A stretch of 64,000 bases of DNA. It comes from Eledone cirrhosa. Its lineage: Eukaryota. The stretch spans positions 10,912,001 through 10,976,000 of the forward strand of contig OZ024760.1 of the NCBI GenBank assembly GCA_964016885.1, read 5' to 3'. The first letter of the stretch is position 1, and each line of letters opens with the position of its first letter. The position numbers and the translations under genes were made by a program. The notes under the pieces are model-generated. The model was not told the origin of the DNA. It worked only from the letters and a program-made list of their open reading frames with translations, and made no database searches. Shown piece after piece: positions 45,250 to 58,082 of this stretch.

Positions 45250-46782
45250 ACGCTCTGAGTTCAAGTCCCGTCGAGGTCAACTTGGCCTGTCACGGAAAGT
45301 AAATATATTATATATTATATTAACTGAGGCGCCATGCTTTCCAGCATAGTTACGTCCCTTTACGGTCTGAGTTCAAATCCCGTCGAGGTTAACTTGGCCT
45401 GTCACGGAAAGTAAATATATTATATATTATATTAACTGAGGCGCCATGCTTTCCAGCATAGTTACGTCCCTTTACGGTCTGAGTTCAAATCCCGTCGAGG
45501 TCAACTTGGCCTGTCACGGAAAGTAAATATATTATATATTATATTAACTGAGGCGCCATGCTTTCCAGCATAGTTACGTCCCTTTACGGTCTGAGTTCAA
45601 ATCCCGTCGAGGTTAACTTGGCCTGTCACGGAAAGTAAATATATTATATATTATATTAACTGAGGCGCCATGCTTTCCAGCATAGTTACGTCCCTTTACG
45701 GTCTGAGTTCAAATCCCGTCGAGGTTAACTTGGCCTGTCACGGAAAGTAAATATATTATATATTATATTAACTGAGGCGCCATGCTTTCCAGCATAGTTA
45801 CGTCCCTTTACGGTCTGAGTTCAAATCCCGTCGAGGTTAACTTGGCCTGTCACGGAAAGTAAATATATTATATATTATATTAACTGAGGCGCCATGCTTT
45901 CCAGCATAGTTACGTCCCTTTACGCTCTGAGTTCAAATCCCGTCGAGGTTAACTTGGCCTGTCACGGAAAGTAAATATATTATATATTATATTAACTGAG
46001 GCGCCATGCTTTCCAGCATAGTTACGTCCCTTTACGGTCTGAGTTCAAATCCCGTCGAGGTTAACTTGGCCTGTCACGGAAAGTAAATATATTATATATT
46101 ATATTAACTGAGGCGCCATGCTTTCCAGCATAGTTACGTCCCTTTACGGTCTGAGTTCAAATCCCGTCGAGGTTAACTTGGCCTGTCACGGAAAGTAAAT
46201 ATATTATATATTATATATCTATATCCAAAATTAAGATAAATCAAATGAATTTAATTTAAATCAAAATTATGGGTGTCATGCCAGAAAGACATGCGCCATA
46301 TCACCCGCAAAATAAGCTCTAAGATTCTATCGTGTAGGTCCGAGCATTTTATAATAACTAGAGATTGATTAACATATAAATAAACATGAATAATCACAGG
46401 AGATAATTTTTACAAGTGTGTAACCACACATAGCTAGGTAGGTAACTAAATAAAGTTGACCAGAACTTCAAAAATTTTTGAAGTTTTGGTCAACTTTATT
46501 TAGTTACCTACCTAACTATGTGTGGTTACACACTTGTAAAAATTATCTCCTGTGATTATTCATGTTTATTTATATGTTAATCAATCTCTAGTTATTATAT
46601 TATATATTATATTATATTAACTGAGGCGCCATGCTTTCCAGCATAGTTACGTCCCTTTACGGTCTGAGTTCAAATCCCGTCGAGGTTAACTTTGCCTTTC
46701 ATCCTTACCGGGTCGATAAAATAAAGTACCAGTAATGAACTGGGAAAATTGCTGGCCTTGTGCCAAAAGTAGAAACAATTAT
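45250..46782 (+). repeat. 112-bp SINE-derived tandem array (8 full units), interrupted and resolving into a SINE 3' end
   Basis: Units start at 45324, 45436 and so on to 46108. The array resumes at 46621 and continues to the SINE tail at 46780. Confidence 0.92.
46219..46598. mobile_element. Insertion ending in a 248-bp near-perfect palindrome
   Basis: Palindrome 46351-46598, centre 46474/46475, two mismatches. Confidence 0.8.
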
Positions 46783-47019
46783 ATTAACTGGGGCATCAAT
46801 CTTCTCCCGGGTAAACAGATGATAAGAGAAAACAGGTAGGAAAGAAAACGACTGTATTGGATTTGTTGTGTGGTTTACTGTATGAGGAGAGACCGTGAGA
46901 GAGAGGGTGGGGGAGGGGGGGGGGAAAACAAACAAAAAACAGTAAAACATCTTCCAGATACACCAGATCATTCGTTTTACCGTTCGTACATAGTATATGA
47001 TTTCTAGGTGTTCCCACTC

Positions 47020-47264
47020 GCGACGTTATATGTATGTATCTATCTAAAAAAGGAAAGACTAAGAATTATAGAGAGAGATCGCTAAATCGCCTAATGCGGT
47101 CCCTAGGGCATTGAAAATTTGAAATTTTTCTTTTTTGCTCAGAACACTCCCTGAAACATAATTATTACATGTGTAAAGTTTGAAAACAGTCGGTTGGGTG
47201 GTTCTCTAGTTTTAGGGATTCAAACTCACACACAGACAGACATCCTCAGTTTTATATATATAGA
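47020..47264 (-). mobile_element. Non-autonomous Helitron 5' portion
   Basis: The minus strand begins A|TCTATATATATAAAACTGAGGATGTCTGTCTG. The body is repeated at 58727-58920. Confidence 0.65.
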
Positions 47265-47939
47265 TGTATAATGTTCATGCCCCCCTCTCCCCTCCCATTA
47301 CTTAATTCATTCGCTGTTTTCCAACCAAAAGATATTCTTAAACTGTTACCAATCTTCTATATTCCACACGTCTTTAAATATATAGATAGTTGGGGTTTCT
47401 TTCTTAAAAACAAACAAACTAACTTTCTATCCTCTCCACAAGTAATTTCTGTATTGAAGTTTTTCGGAATCTTAACTCAATCTTAACATTTTTAATAAAA
47501 AACCCCCCAAACCCTAGAACACTTCCCTCCTTCGTTTTAATTTAATAATACTTCTGTTTCACACATTTACACGTTTCTGTTGATAGTATGTGGTATTTAA
47601 ACTCGCAGATTTCCTGCATTTGAAATCTTGTATCAGATAAGAACCTCGTATTGTTGAAGCATTCCGGAGTTTTATATCGATTAATAATTGTTTCTAATTT
47701 TGGCACAAGGCCAGCAATTATTCCAGTGTATTACTGGTACTTTATTTTATCGACCCCGTAAGCATGAAAGGCAAAGTTAACCTCGGCGGGATTTGAACGC
47801 AGAATATAAAGGGCTGTAACTCTATGCTGGCCAGTCAGTTTCCTGTATACGAGCGATAAATGGCCGGCTTTGCCAAATTCAAATAAAAAAGAAAATTTTC
47901 GCTCAACATGGCTGAATACAATAAATGTAATCGAGTTTT

Positions 47940-47979
<40 letters not shown>

Positions 47980-48637
47980 GAAATTATTGTGTACAGTGCT
48001 CAGGTGCACTACAACTCATCAAAGGTGCATGTATTGTACACAGAATAATGTATATATATATATATAGGGATTGTAACGTCAAGTTACTGTTGGTTCACCA
48101 AAGTGAGCACACGATGTATAGTCTCCAGCAGGGGTTGTACTAAGCAGAGTGTAATAATAACTGTTTCTACTTTAGGCACAAGGCCAGCAATTACCCAGTG
48201 TATTACTGGTACTTTATTTTATCGACCCCGTAAGGATGAAAAGCAAAGTCAACCTCGGCGGGATTTGAACTCAGATCGTAAAGGGACGTAACTGGACGAG
48301 GTGTCAAATTGTCATTAGGTTTATTCAGGTGTGATGCGCGTTTCGCGATTGATCAGCTTAAGATTCGATCTCTATCGATCGGGTCCGAATCCGGAATCAA
48401 AATTTCATCAGACTTCTGTTCTATATATATATAGGAAAAGAGTCAGGACTCCGGCGGCTGAGCTTCGGCCGTTTCGACAGCTAAATCCGAACGGTTCTAG
48501 CTGTCGAAACGGTCGGAACTCAGCCATCGAGATCCTGACCCTTTTCCTATTACCCACTCTACTACCCTAAGTATTGAGTACTCTGGTGTGCTATGGTCCA
48601 CCTGGTATCTTACCACACCCTCTTTGTTTATATACAT

Positions 48638-48689
<52 letters not shown>

Positions 48690-48921
48690 TGAAACAAAAT
48701 GAAAACGAAATTTCATTTCTCACTCTTAGTATGGCACTTACTTAAGTAAGTGCCATACTAAGAGTGAGAAATGAAATTTCGTTTTCATTTTGTTTCAATT
48801 TATCGTTTTCGGTATGCCTGACCGATTTAACTCACTCAATATGCAAATTAGGCTGCTCAGCCGTTAATTTTCATAAGGAAAGTATATACTTTCGAACGTT
48901 CAACTATCTGGCAGATGGGTA

Positions 48922-48966
48922 AACGGTGCTGATGATAGCTAACAAGCTTGAAACTAGTACATCGTT
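48922..48966 (+). ncRNA. Minimal type I hammerhead ribozyme, copy 1
   Basis: AACGGTG-CTGATGA-tAGCT aaca AGCTt-GAAA-CTAG-TA-CATCGTT. Confidence 0.85.
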
Positions 48967-49389
48967 CCTGTGTCAGTGTTGAACAAAAAGGTGACGTGGT
49001 TGCCTTAACACCGTATGGCATAAATTCAGGCTGTTCAGTTTGTTTACAAACGAACAAAGCGACGTTAGCGCCGCTAAACAGATACGTGCATATATGTATG
49101 TGTACCTGTATGCATATGTATGTATATATGTATATATATATATATATATGTGCATGCTACTGTACGTCTGTATACATATATGTATGTACGTATACATGCA
49201 TACTTACATTTAAGTAAGTGCCATACTAAGAGTGAGAAATGAAATTTCGTTTTCATTTTGTTTCAATTTATCGTTTTCGGTATGCCTGACCGATTTAACT
49301 CACTCAATATGCAAATTAGGCTGCTCAGCCGTTAATTTTCATAAGGAAAGTATATACTTTCGAACGTTCAACTATCTGGCAGATGGGTA

Positions 49390-49434
49390 AACGGTGCTGA
49401 TGATAGCTAACAAGCTTGAAACTAGTACATCGTT
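49390..49434 (+). ncRNA. Minimal type I hammerhead ribozyme, copy 2
   Basis: Identical to 48922-48966. Confidence 0.85.
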
Positions 49435-49687
49435 CCTGTGTCAGTGTTGAACAAAAAGGTGACGTGGTTGCCTTAACACCGTATGGCATAAATTCAGGCT
49501 GTTCAGTTTGTTTACAAACGAACAAAGCGACGTTAGCGCCGCTAAACAGATACGTGCATATATGTATGTGTACCTGTATGCATATGTATGTATATATGTA
49601 TATATATATATATATATGTGCATGCTACTGTACGTCTGTATACATATATGTATGTACGTATACATGCATACCTATATATATATATAT

Positions 49688-50027
49688 ATAAAGAAAAAAG
49701 GATGAAATCGAAAATGCAACTGAAGTCTTATTTTTTTTTAAAATATATATATTTATTTGGTTCCTTTACCGGTTTCGCAGTTCTTCTGGAGGGTCTGTGG
49801 TTTTTCTCACAGATGTGAGAAAAACCACAGACCCTCCATCTCAACTCACCTTTTGAAAAGCAGAAGAACTGCGAAACCGGTAAAGGAACCAAATAAATAT
49901 ATATATTTAAAAAAAAAAATAAGACTTCAGTTGCATTTTCGATTTCATCCCTTTTTCTTTATACTTCCACTCGTGTAGGACACCTCGGTTATTTTTCATT
50001 TTGTAAAAAAAAACCTCACTTTCTAAT
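49688..50027 (+). mobile_element. Fold-back element with degenerate hammerhead
   Basis: Fold centre about 49812. Motif at 49849-49886: CCTT-TTGAAAA-GCAG aagaa CTGC-GAAA-CCGG-TA-AAGG. The 3' end is shared with 19213-19285. Confidence 0.7.
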
Positions 50028-50188
50028 ATATATATATATATATATTTATTTTTGAGTTTATGTTGGTTGTATGATGACTCCAGTTCCTCATTGAAATAAC
50101 AACCCAACAAGGAACTGGGCATATCAGAGTATTGACAATATTATACACCTCAACAACATATGTACTTGTCTATACCATACTAATTCAA

Positions 50189-50243
50189 ACTGCCTGAAGA
50201 GGTCACAACCAAAGATGGCTGTCACTGAAATATATATAGCAGT
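50189..50243 (+). ncRNA. Type I hammerhead ribozyme motif
   Basis: ACTGC-CTGAAGA-GGTcACAACCA aaga TGGCTGTcACT-GAAA-TATATA-TA-GCAGT. Confidence 0.85.
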
Positions 50244-50287
50244 AATAAACGAAGCTAAATTTTAATCATTTGACTTTTATTTAACTT

Positions 50288-50401
<114 letters not shown>

Positions 50402-50950
50402 GGTAAAAAGAAATAACAACACAATCGGTACAGTATTTGGAAGGAATAAATTTGGTTAACGCTCAAAATATCAGGAAGAGGATCTTAACGTTTCAATTCA
50501 TATACTGACCAAGATACTCTCATGGAATGACAAAAATTAGGTTTATTTTTCAAGCCAGCCTATGACTTTTTAAGGCAACCTTCGTAGATTTCATTTTTTT
50601 TTTCCTGTTTTCGAATGAAGCTCTCCATAGAGTCAGTCAAAAAGTAAGACACTAAAAACTAAAAACGTAATCAAACTTCACTTCGTTTAAAGATCAGATG
50701 TTGCGCTCTGCAGGTAAGTTAGTTTTACGGAATTAGTTTATAATTTCTGAAAATTATCTCCTCTTTTATTTAAGAGTCGCTAATAATTAACAATAAATTA
50801 TTAATGTTTTGTTGACACTTAAAAAAAGGAAAGTTTCAATTAATTGATGAATTATTTTCTAGCGTGCGTCTCATAAAATACAAAATCTCTTATTTATATA
50901 ACTTCATATAATAGGACAGCTTATATTCTCACTAGCTCATTTATATATAT

Positions 50951-50982
50951 ACTAGCAGCAGTACCCAGCGTTGCCTGGGTAG
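50951..50982 (-). mobile_element. Helitron 3' terminus
   Basis: Minus strand ACCCAGGCAACGCTGGGT hairpin followed by ..GCTAG|T. Confidence 0.65.
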
Positions 50983-51279
50983 GTAAAATAATATATGCTT
51001 TGATGAAAAGGTGTTGATCTTAGCGACTGCTTCTCGATGACTCATCTACGGCCACACACAGGCCATGCGGGGGAGGGTGGTGATGACTTCTATCACTGAG
51101 AAACGCGGGTGACTGACGAAGGGGCATGCGGGGGGAGGGAGGTAATGACCTCTAACACTAAGCCAAATTTCCTCACGCTACTTGATTGGTAACCGATGAA
51201 TTCTCAAATACACACCTAAAAGCTCAGACGACGTCAGTGGCCATCGTTTTGCCAAAAGTAGAAACAATTATTATTAACA

Positions 51280-51735
51280 CTTTTCTCTTCGGCCAATCCC
51301 TCATCAACTTCTTCAAGTTTCACCTGGAAAGGAAGGTGAGGGTGGAGAGAGAAGTGCTGCCCTCCAGTACATTTGCTAAAAGGTGGGTGAATGTGGCGAG
51401 AATGGCTCGTGTGAATGGGCCTACTCGGACCATGCGCCTATAGGCTGGCTAACTTGAGGAGAGGGGTGCTCTCCCTGGGTGCCCTAGAAGCGCAGGGTGG
51501 TTCAGGATTGGTGGGGTACCCGAGTCACCCCAGGGTCGTCCACCCCCTATCGGGGAATTTATTTTGTTATATTTATGCATAGTTTATTTTATATTTTTAT
51601 ATTTTCATTGTTAAATTAGTCTTGCCATTGTACACTTTTAATCGACCTTATTGTAAACCCCCACTGTCCCTGTCTTTGTATTGTCCCCTACATGTCGGCC
51701 CTTGTGGCTAATAAATGAAATCATTATTATTATTA
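51280..51735 (+). mobile_element. Tx1/L1-like LINE 3' end (ORF2 C-terminus, 3'UTR, (ATT)n tail)
   Basis: FFKFHLERKVRVEREVL..FAKRWVNV. Homologous to 26560-26712 and 26965-27075. Confidence 0.7.
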
Positions 51736-51762
51736 TATATATTTATATTATTATATATATTT

Positions 51763-51953
51763 AGGGCGCTGGATTGGCAGTATCGGTCGAGGGTCGGACG
51801 CCATGCTTTCCAGCATAGTTACGTCCCTTTACGATCTGAGTTCAAATCCCGCCGAGGTTGACTTTGCCTTTCATCCTTACGGGGTCGATAAAATAAAGTA
51901 CCAGTAATGTACTGGGTAATTTCTGGCCTTGTGCCTAAAGTAGAAACAATTAT
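51763..51953 (+). mobile_element. Full-length Meta-like SINE
   Basis: GGGCGCTGGATTGGCAG..GTTCAAATCCC..GCCTTTCATCCTTACGGGGTCGATAAAATAAAGTACC..GAAACAATTATT. Confidence 0.92.
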
Positions 51954-52057
51954 TATATATATTTATACATAAAAATATAGATATACTCCTCTTTGTATTA
52001 TCGGATACATTGTGAACATGCCATTTCTTCTTCACACACACACACACACACATATAT

Positions 52058-52158
52058 ATAGTGTTCTATAAAATGTATACACACTTCAACAACATTCTAA
52101 TAAATATTGCCTGTGCAGGTAATCAAAGTGCATATACATTTTTTGGGGACACCTTGTA

Positions 52159-52160
<2 letters not shown>
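52058..52160. mobile_element. Tc1/mariner-type MITE (~100 bp)
   Basis: TIR consensus TA-CAGGGTGTCC(CC)AAAAAATGTATACAC. A second copy is at 60270-60370. Confidence 0.7.
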
Positions 52161-52189
<29 letters not shown>

Positions 52190-52678
52190 TTCAGATGCAT
52201 ATATATGTGTGTGTAACTTCCTGTCTAGTATTCTTAGTTTCCTTTCTATGGGAGATTTATTAGTTCCAACCATAAACAGTTACATCATGGCGAAGAAGTT
52301 CAGATATTTTATTGTTTTTCCAGACTGTCTAGATTTCAGCAGGTTGCTAACCAGCAACATGGCTGCCCTGTGTTAAACCATTTGTAATGTTTTCAGTACA
52401 CAAATAGAAAAACCTATCTTAACTGTCTTTTATGTTTCAGGCGATTTCTTTTTATATACGGAAATATGAAAATATGAGCTTAATCTCATCTCTTATCCTC
52501 ACATATATACTCAATAATGTATGCATCTATATATACACACGTGCGTATTCTTATACATACAGGCACACATATATCTATATATAAATATATATAGTAACCT
52601 ATATAGAAGCGAAGTTAGATAGAAACATATTTTTCGTCTGTCTTGTTTATACTCTCAGAATTACAGTTTTCTCTCATT

Positions 52679-52749
<71 letters not shown>

Positions 52750-53099
52750 GTACAAGTTAATATAAATTAATATATGATAAACACATAAGTGTTTGTATTG
52801 TAAATGACCAAGTTAGCTAGAATGAAATATACTAATTAAAATAAATATAGTTTGTCTGTCGCGATTTAAAATAATAAATCAATAAAAACAAACCCATGTA
52901 AGTATACACACGTACACACACACACATATATATATATATGTATATATATGTGTGTGTGTGTGTTTACGTGTGCATACTTACATTTATGTATCAGCTATGC
53001 TAGGACGAGAAATTAAATTCTAAATTTATATATATATATATATATATATATACTTACATTTATGTATCAGCTATGCTAGCACGAGAAATGAAATTCTAA

Positions 53100-53144
<45 letters not shown>

Positions 53145-53686
53145 TATACGCGTGTGGCTCACATGCCTATTTGATTTCTTACGTACTTTGAAGTTAAAAA
53201 AAAAAATCGATAATTTCCAGTCTGCATCGATTTTTAAATAAATCAATAGGCCATTTGTATGCAAATTCTCACATGAATGTTATTTTCTGTCAAAACTTTT
53301 AAAGTTCTCAACCAATTTCCTTCAAAATTGAAACACAGGTAAATTATGTGCTAAGGATAAAAATTATCCCAGACAACTCTCGGAAGGTAAAAAACAGCAC
53401 AAACCTATTTTTCATTTGATTTGTTTCTTCTGATATGAACAACCAATTTGCTTTAAGCTGTACCGGTGCATTATTTATGTATCAATAAGCTGTTAAACGT
53501 TCCCCAAGGGCACCTTAATAAAGCGAAAACACCTCAAATATCGAATGTCGCAAATGCTTTTTTCAAACATCATAAATACACCACTTCTGTGAAGTGGATG
53601 GTTTTCTCCAGCGGGACAGAGGGCTGTACAACAATGGCATAGATAACAATTGAATTTGTGTGTTGTGTGTGTGTGTGAGTGTGTTT

Positions 53687-53719
<33 letters not shown>

Positions 53720-54329
53720 CGAGATGGTTAAATGAGAACAAATAATCATTGAGAAGGTCACCGAATGTGTGACGAAAGAACTTTGACGCATGAAAGAATA
53801 ACGAGCAATAAAGATGTATGTATGTATATATGTATGTAGCTATGTATGTAGCTATGTATGTGTGTAAGTATGTATGGCTGTATGTACATGGCATTTTAAC
53901 TCAGAGAACAGATAGCCGGAAGGAAATAACACGAAGTATTCTATCAGACGCTCTAACGACTCTCTGCCAATAAATGGCCGCCGTAACGAAGTGAGCCAGA
54001 CAATCGATACTGCACCACCACTACCCCCTACTCCATCCCTATTACAGACTTTGTGCCTATACCAGGTATCAATATGATGTTAATGAAAGGAAAAAGATTC
54101 GATGAAAAAAAAGAAAAAATAAGAAACGAAAAGAAAATATAACAAAAAAAAAAAATAAAACAAAATGGAAAAAAATATGTATTTTTATTTTATTATCTTT
54201 TGTTTTTAATATTCTAATTAATTTGATGAACCCGACCTCATTATGATAATGAAATTTAAATTAATGACAGACGAAAGTAACTATTTATTCATTTATTCTG
54301 GAATATGAAGTAATCAAATAAATGATAAT

Positions 54330-54492
54330 AATTGTTTCTACTTTTTGGCACAAGGCCAGCAATTACCCAGTGCATTACTGGTACTTTATTTTATCGACCC
54401 CGTAAGGATGAAAGGCAAAGTTAACCTCGGCGTGATTCGAACTCAGAATGGCAAGGGCCGTAACTCTATGCGTCAAAGCATAGCGTCCGACA
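54330..54492 (-). mobile_element. Meta-like SINE
   Basis: Same family as 51763-51953. Confidence 0.9.
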
Positions 54493-54500
54493 CTCAGTGG

Positions 54501-54853
54501 TGCAAAATACACTATATATACATTCATATATATATCGCTATTTCAGAGCACCAATTCTAATTTTCAATTTCTGCTTGACCAGCAACCGCTCTGTATAATC
54601 AGTTCCTGATTATTACTAGAATTCTATAAGAATCAAACATTCATGATTTTCAGCAAACAGGCGGAGTACTTAGCTTTGATAAGCACCAAAAAGTGCGAAA
54701 CAGAGCTCTGTCAGCTTTATCTCCCCTGTTTGCTGAAAATTAAAGTAAGTGAGACTGTCACTACTCTAAAACAATAGCGTAAGGTCTTCGAAATGCTTTT
54801 AATTAAGCATACAGTGTATTGCAAAATACACTATATATACATTCATATATATA
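54501..54853 (+). mobile_element. Element with short direct repeats and a degenerate hammerhead
   Basis: TGCAAAATACACTATATATACATTCATATAT occurs at 54501 and 54820. Motif at 54672-54716: AGCT-TTGATAA-GCAC..GTGC-GAAA-CAGAGCTCTG-TC-AGCT, with extended stem I 54646-54667 / 54721-54740. Confidence 0.7.
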
Positions 54854-54935
54854 TGTATATATATATATATGTATATATTAACCAAGACTGGAATTGAACC
54901 ATCAGCACAGTTGATGTATGTTAGACATCAATTTA

Positions 54936-54997
54936 TTTTATCTGATGAGGACGTACTGAGGAAACAGCACAGTAGCTCTCAAATATATGTAATAAAA
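54936..54997 (+). ncRNA. Hammerhead motif with GAAA>CAAA change
   Basis: TTTTAT-CTGATGA-..TACTG..CAGTA..-CAAA-TATATG-TA-ATAAAA. Confidence 0.6.
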
Positions 54998-55303
54998 TAT
55001 ATTTGATCACATGAATGTCTATATTTATTAATATTTTGAATTGGCCCTTGAAATATGTATTAAGAAATAAATATGGTTTTATAAATATAGTTTCCATTTG
55101 TTAATATCGTATTTTTACTCCAAATATTTGTTGAGTGCTTTATATCAGTTATAAAAATATTTGCTTGTTGTATCCCAACAATTTAAATAGAACTTTTACA
55201 TATATATATATATATGTGTGTATGGATTTACGTATATATGTTTATTTGTATCCGTGTATTGATTTTCTATTGCGTGCGTGTGTATATATATATATATGTA
55301 TGT

Positions 55304-55342
<39 letters not shown>

Positions 55343-55984
55343 TATGTGTGTGTGTTTATATGAGCGTATAGGTGTGTATATATATATATATGTTTCACTC
55401 TTTAATATATATATATATATACACATATCATGTATAGTAGTTTGTATTTACTCCTACCCCCCACACACACGTTATTTCTGCTTCTGAACTACTTCCCAAT
55501 ATGTGCATGTATATATATAAACATATATATATATGTGTGTGTGTGTATGTGTGTGTGTGTGTGTATGCATGTATATATGTGTGTATGGGTATGTATGTGT
55601 ATATGTGTATATATGTGTATATACACGTGCGCGTACGTATAGACTCTTTTGTGTTTGTCTGTATGTATGAGCATACCCTTTTTTTTAATATGTGTTTGTG
55701 TGTACATATATGAGTGCCTATATATTTGTGTATATGTGTGTGTGTGTATTTATGTGTCTGTTCGTATTTCCATGTAAACACAGATACACTTATGTGAGAA
55801 AGTATCCATCTACGTACTATTACGTATATGTGCGTAGTTGAGTGTGTGTGTGTTTATGTTCCGGATATTTATTTATATATATTTTTCCCCCCTATTTCCT
55901 TTTTGCCCGTTTTTCCAGCCTCACTTTCAAATATCCTAAATTTTGTTTTCAAATCCATATTTAATAAAAACACCATATTATTTA

Positions 55985-56046
55985 TTTATTCTGACGACTG
56001 AAGACAGACACAACATCTGTCTTCAAGAAAGCACTGGTAAATGAAA
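55985..56046 (+). ncRNA. Type I hammerhead ribozyme motif
   Basis: TTTATT-CTGACGA-cTGAAGACAGA..TCTGTCTTCAa-GAAA-GCACTGG-TA-AATGAA. The 3' flank is related to 29705-29750. Confidence 0.75.
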
Positions 56047-56200
56047 TAATTATCTTATGTTGTTTATTACTTAACTAATAAGCTCTATAGCCTACATAAG
56101 GCACTCTTTTTTCCTGTACCTTTCGGACGGAAATATTTTATATATAAATATAAATGAAAAGTATAGAAATTGTTGTAGCGAGAAGCTAACAGTATTCCAT

Positions 56201-56240
<40 letters not shown>

Positions 56241-57043
56241 GAGGTTATATTTAATTTGTTGGGATTCAACAAGCTTAAAATATTTTTTATGTATATATAT
56301 ATGTATATATATATATTCTATAGACATTGAAAGATTTGCAATTGTATATATTTTAGGGTTTGACTTACCGTTTAACGTGTTTGTTTATCTTCCATGTTGA
56401 ACGAGGCGATTCTGGTTTTGGTGGGTGTTAAGCAACTGAAAGTATGTGACACTTCACAGGAAGTTGACGGCAGTTACCTCCCCGAGTTAACACCGTTAGT
56501 TGCCCACTTCCGGTGAAGAGTCTTGTACTCTCAGTTGAAACCGGAGTTCCGTGCTTAGTTCAACAGGTGAAAAGAAAACCCCAGTTAAACGGTAAGTCTA
56601 ACTAAAATATATGTACCAGCAAATGTAGAGTATATTCTCTTTTAGTACCGATAGAAAATTTGTATATATATATTTATGTTTTCAACAGTTTTGTATATAT
56701 ATTTATGTTTTCAACAGTTTTGTGTATATATTTATGTTTTCAACAGTTTTGTATTTATTGTTGCCATGGTATATATGTATAGCCACAGCCTAAGGTCATT
56801 TTTCTTGGTGTCACACTTTCTAATATTTGTTTACTCTGGTAAATAATGTATTAACTTTTCCCACCATGCTGTGCTTTTGGTAGCCTTAAACCACTCTAAT
56901 AACACCTGTTATCTTGGCAGATACAACTTCGATATATATTTATTTATTTATTTATTTATTATTAATTTTTTTTCTCCAAGAAATGACTAGATACAAATAC
57001 ATTCACAGCGAGACAAATACATGAACCAGTAACTTTATAACAT

Positions 57044-57075
57044 ACTAGCAGTGTATCCCGGCGTTGCACGGGTAA
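57044..57075 (-). mobile_element. Helitron 3' terminus
   Basis: Minus strand CCCGTGCAACGCCGGG hairpin, then ATACACTGCTAG|T. Confidence 0.75.
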
Positions 57076-57783
57076 GACCATTGGTAATAGCACCTCCAAT
57101 GAGAAACGTTTATTTGTGAGTGCCTGTTAAAAACTCACGAAAATATACCTACAGGAATCTTGTTTTATTTGGAGAAAATTAAGAAGTTGAAAGTAGAGTT
57201 TAGCTGTCTACGTGCATTGTTCATAGAAATATTGTTGAGCCCCTTCGTTTCATACTCCTCTGTTTTGGCCTTTTGGAGTAAATGTGGAAGAGAAAGTCAT
57301 GGGTTAAGTTGGCAGAAGATTCCAGTGTCAGAGCAGTAAGGCGTAAGCTACTTACCTCAAAAGTTCATTCGCACTCTTTCCACTAAGTTACTCTTTCTCT
57401 CTATCCCCCTCGGTGCAGTCCCTTGCGAATTTATCGGGTAGGCCTGGTGTAGATTTGCACCCGATCCATCTACCCGATGCACATGTACGCTTTGTACGGT
57501 TTTTGGAGGAAGGAGTGACCAGCAGTACGTTGTTCGGTATTATTACGAAAGGGTGTAGCTGAGAATCCCGGGTGAACTAATAGCTCGGGGGGGGGGGGGG
57601 ACTGCTTACCTCGAAGATTCATTCGCCGTCGTTCTTGTCAACGCTCCGTTTAGTTGGTATTTGTTGGTCTACAGTTAGATGAATGGCACACAAAGGGTTA
57701 ATGTTTATTGGCAAGAAGTTTTTTGAATAATAAAAGACGAGTTAAAGCAACCTACAATGTATCTGTGTGTGTGTGTGTGTGTA

Positions 57784-57839
<56 letters not shown>

Positions 57840-57895
57840 TGTGTGTATGTATGCATATGTGTGTATGTATGCATGTGTGTGTATGTATGCATATA

Positions 57896-57926
<31 letters not shown>

Positions 57927-58082
57927 ATGTGTGTGTGTGTGTATATATATACATATATTTTTACGTGTATATTTATATATGTATATATATATATATATAT
58001 GTGTGTGTATATGTGTTTGTGTATATATATATATATGTGTGTGTGTGTGTATATGTATATATGTGTATATATATATATATAT

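Larger units (their letters stand above)
48684..49671 (+). mobile_element. Retrozyme / Penelope-like element: 5' palindrome plus two 468-bp tandem units
   Basis: Palindrome at 48684-48803. Units start at 48743 and 49211. (TA)n lies on both sides. Confidence 0.85.

Noticed and set aside
46351-46598. Palindromes as miRNA precursors or classical MITEs
   Set aside because: The arms are too long and too perfect for pre-miRNAs, and turn points vary among family copies, unlike fixed TIRs.
50690-50720. Possible micro-exon ending CAG|GTAAGT
   Set aside because: It is an isolated donor-like motif with no supporting ORF or partner exons.
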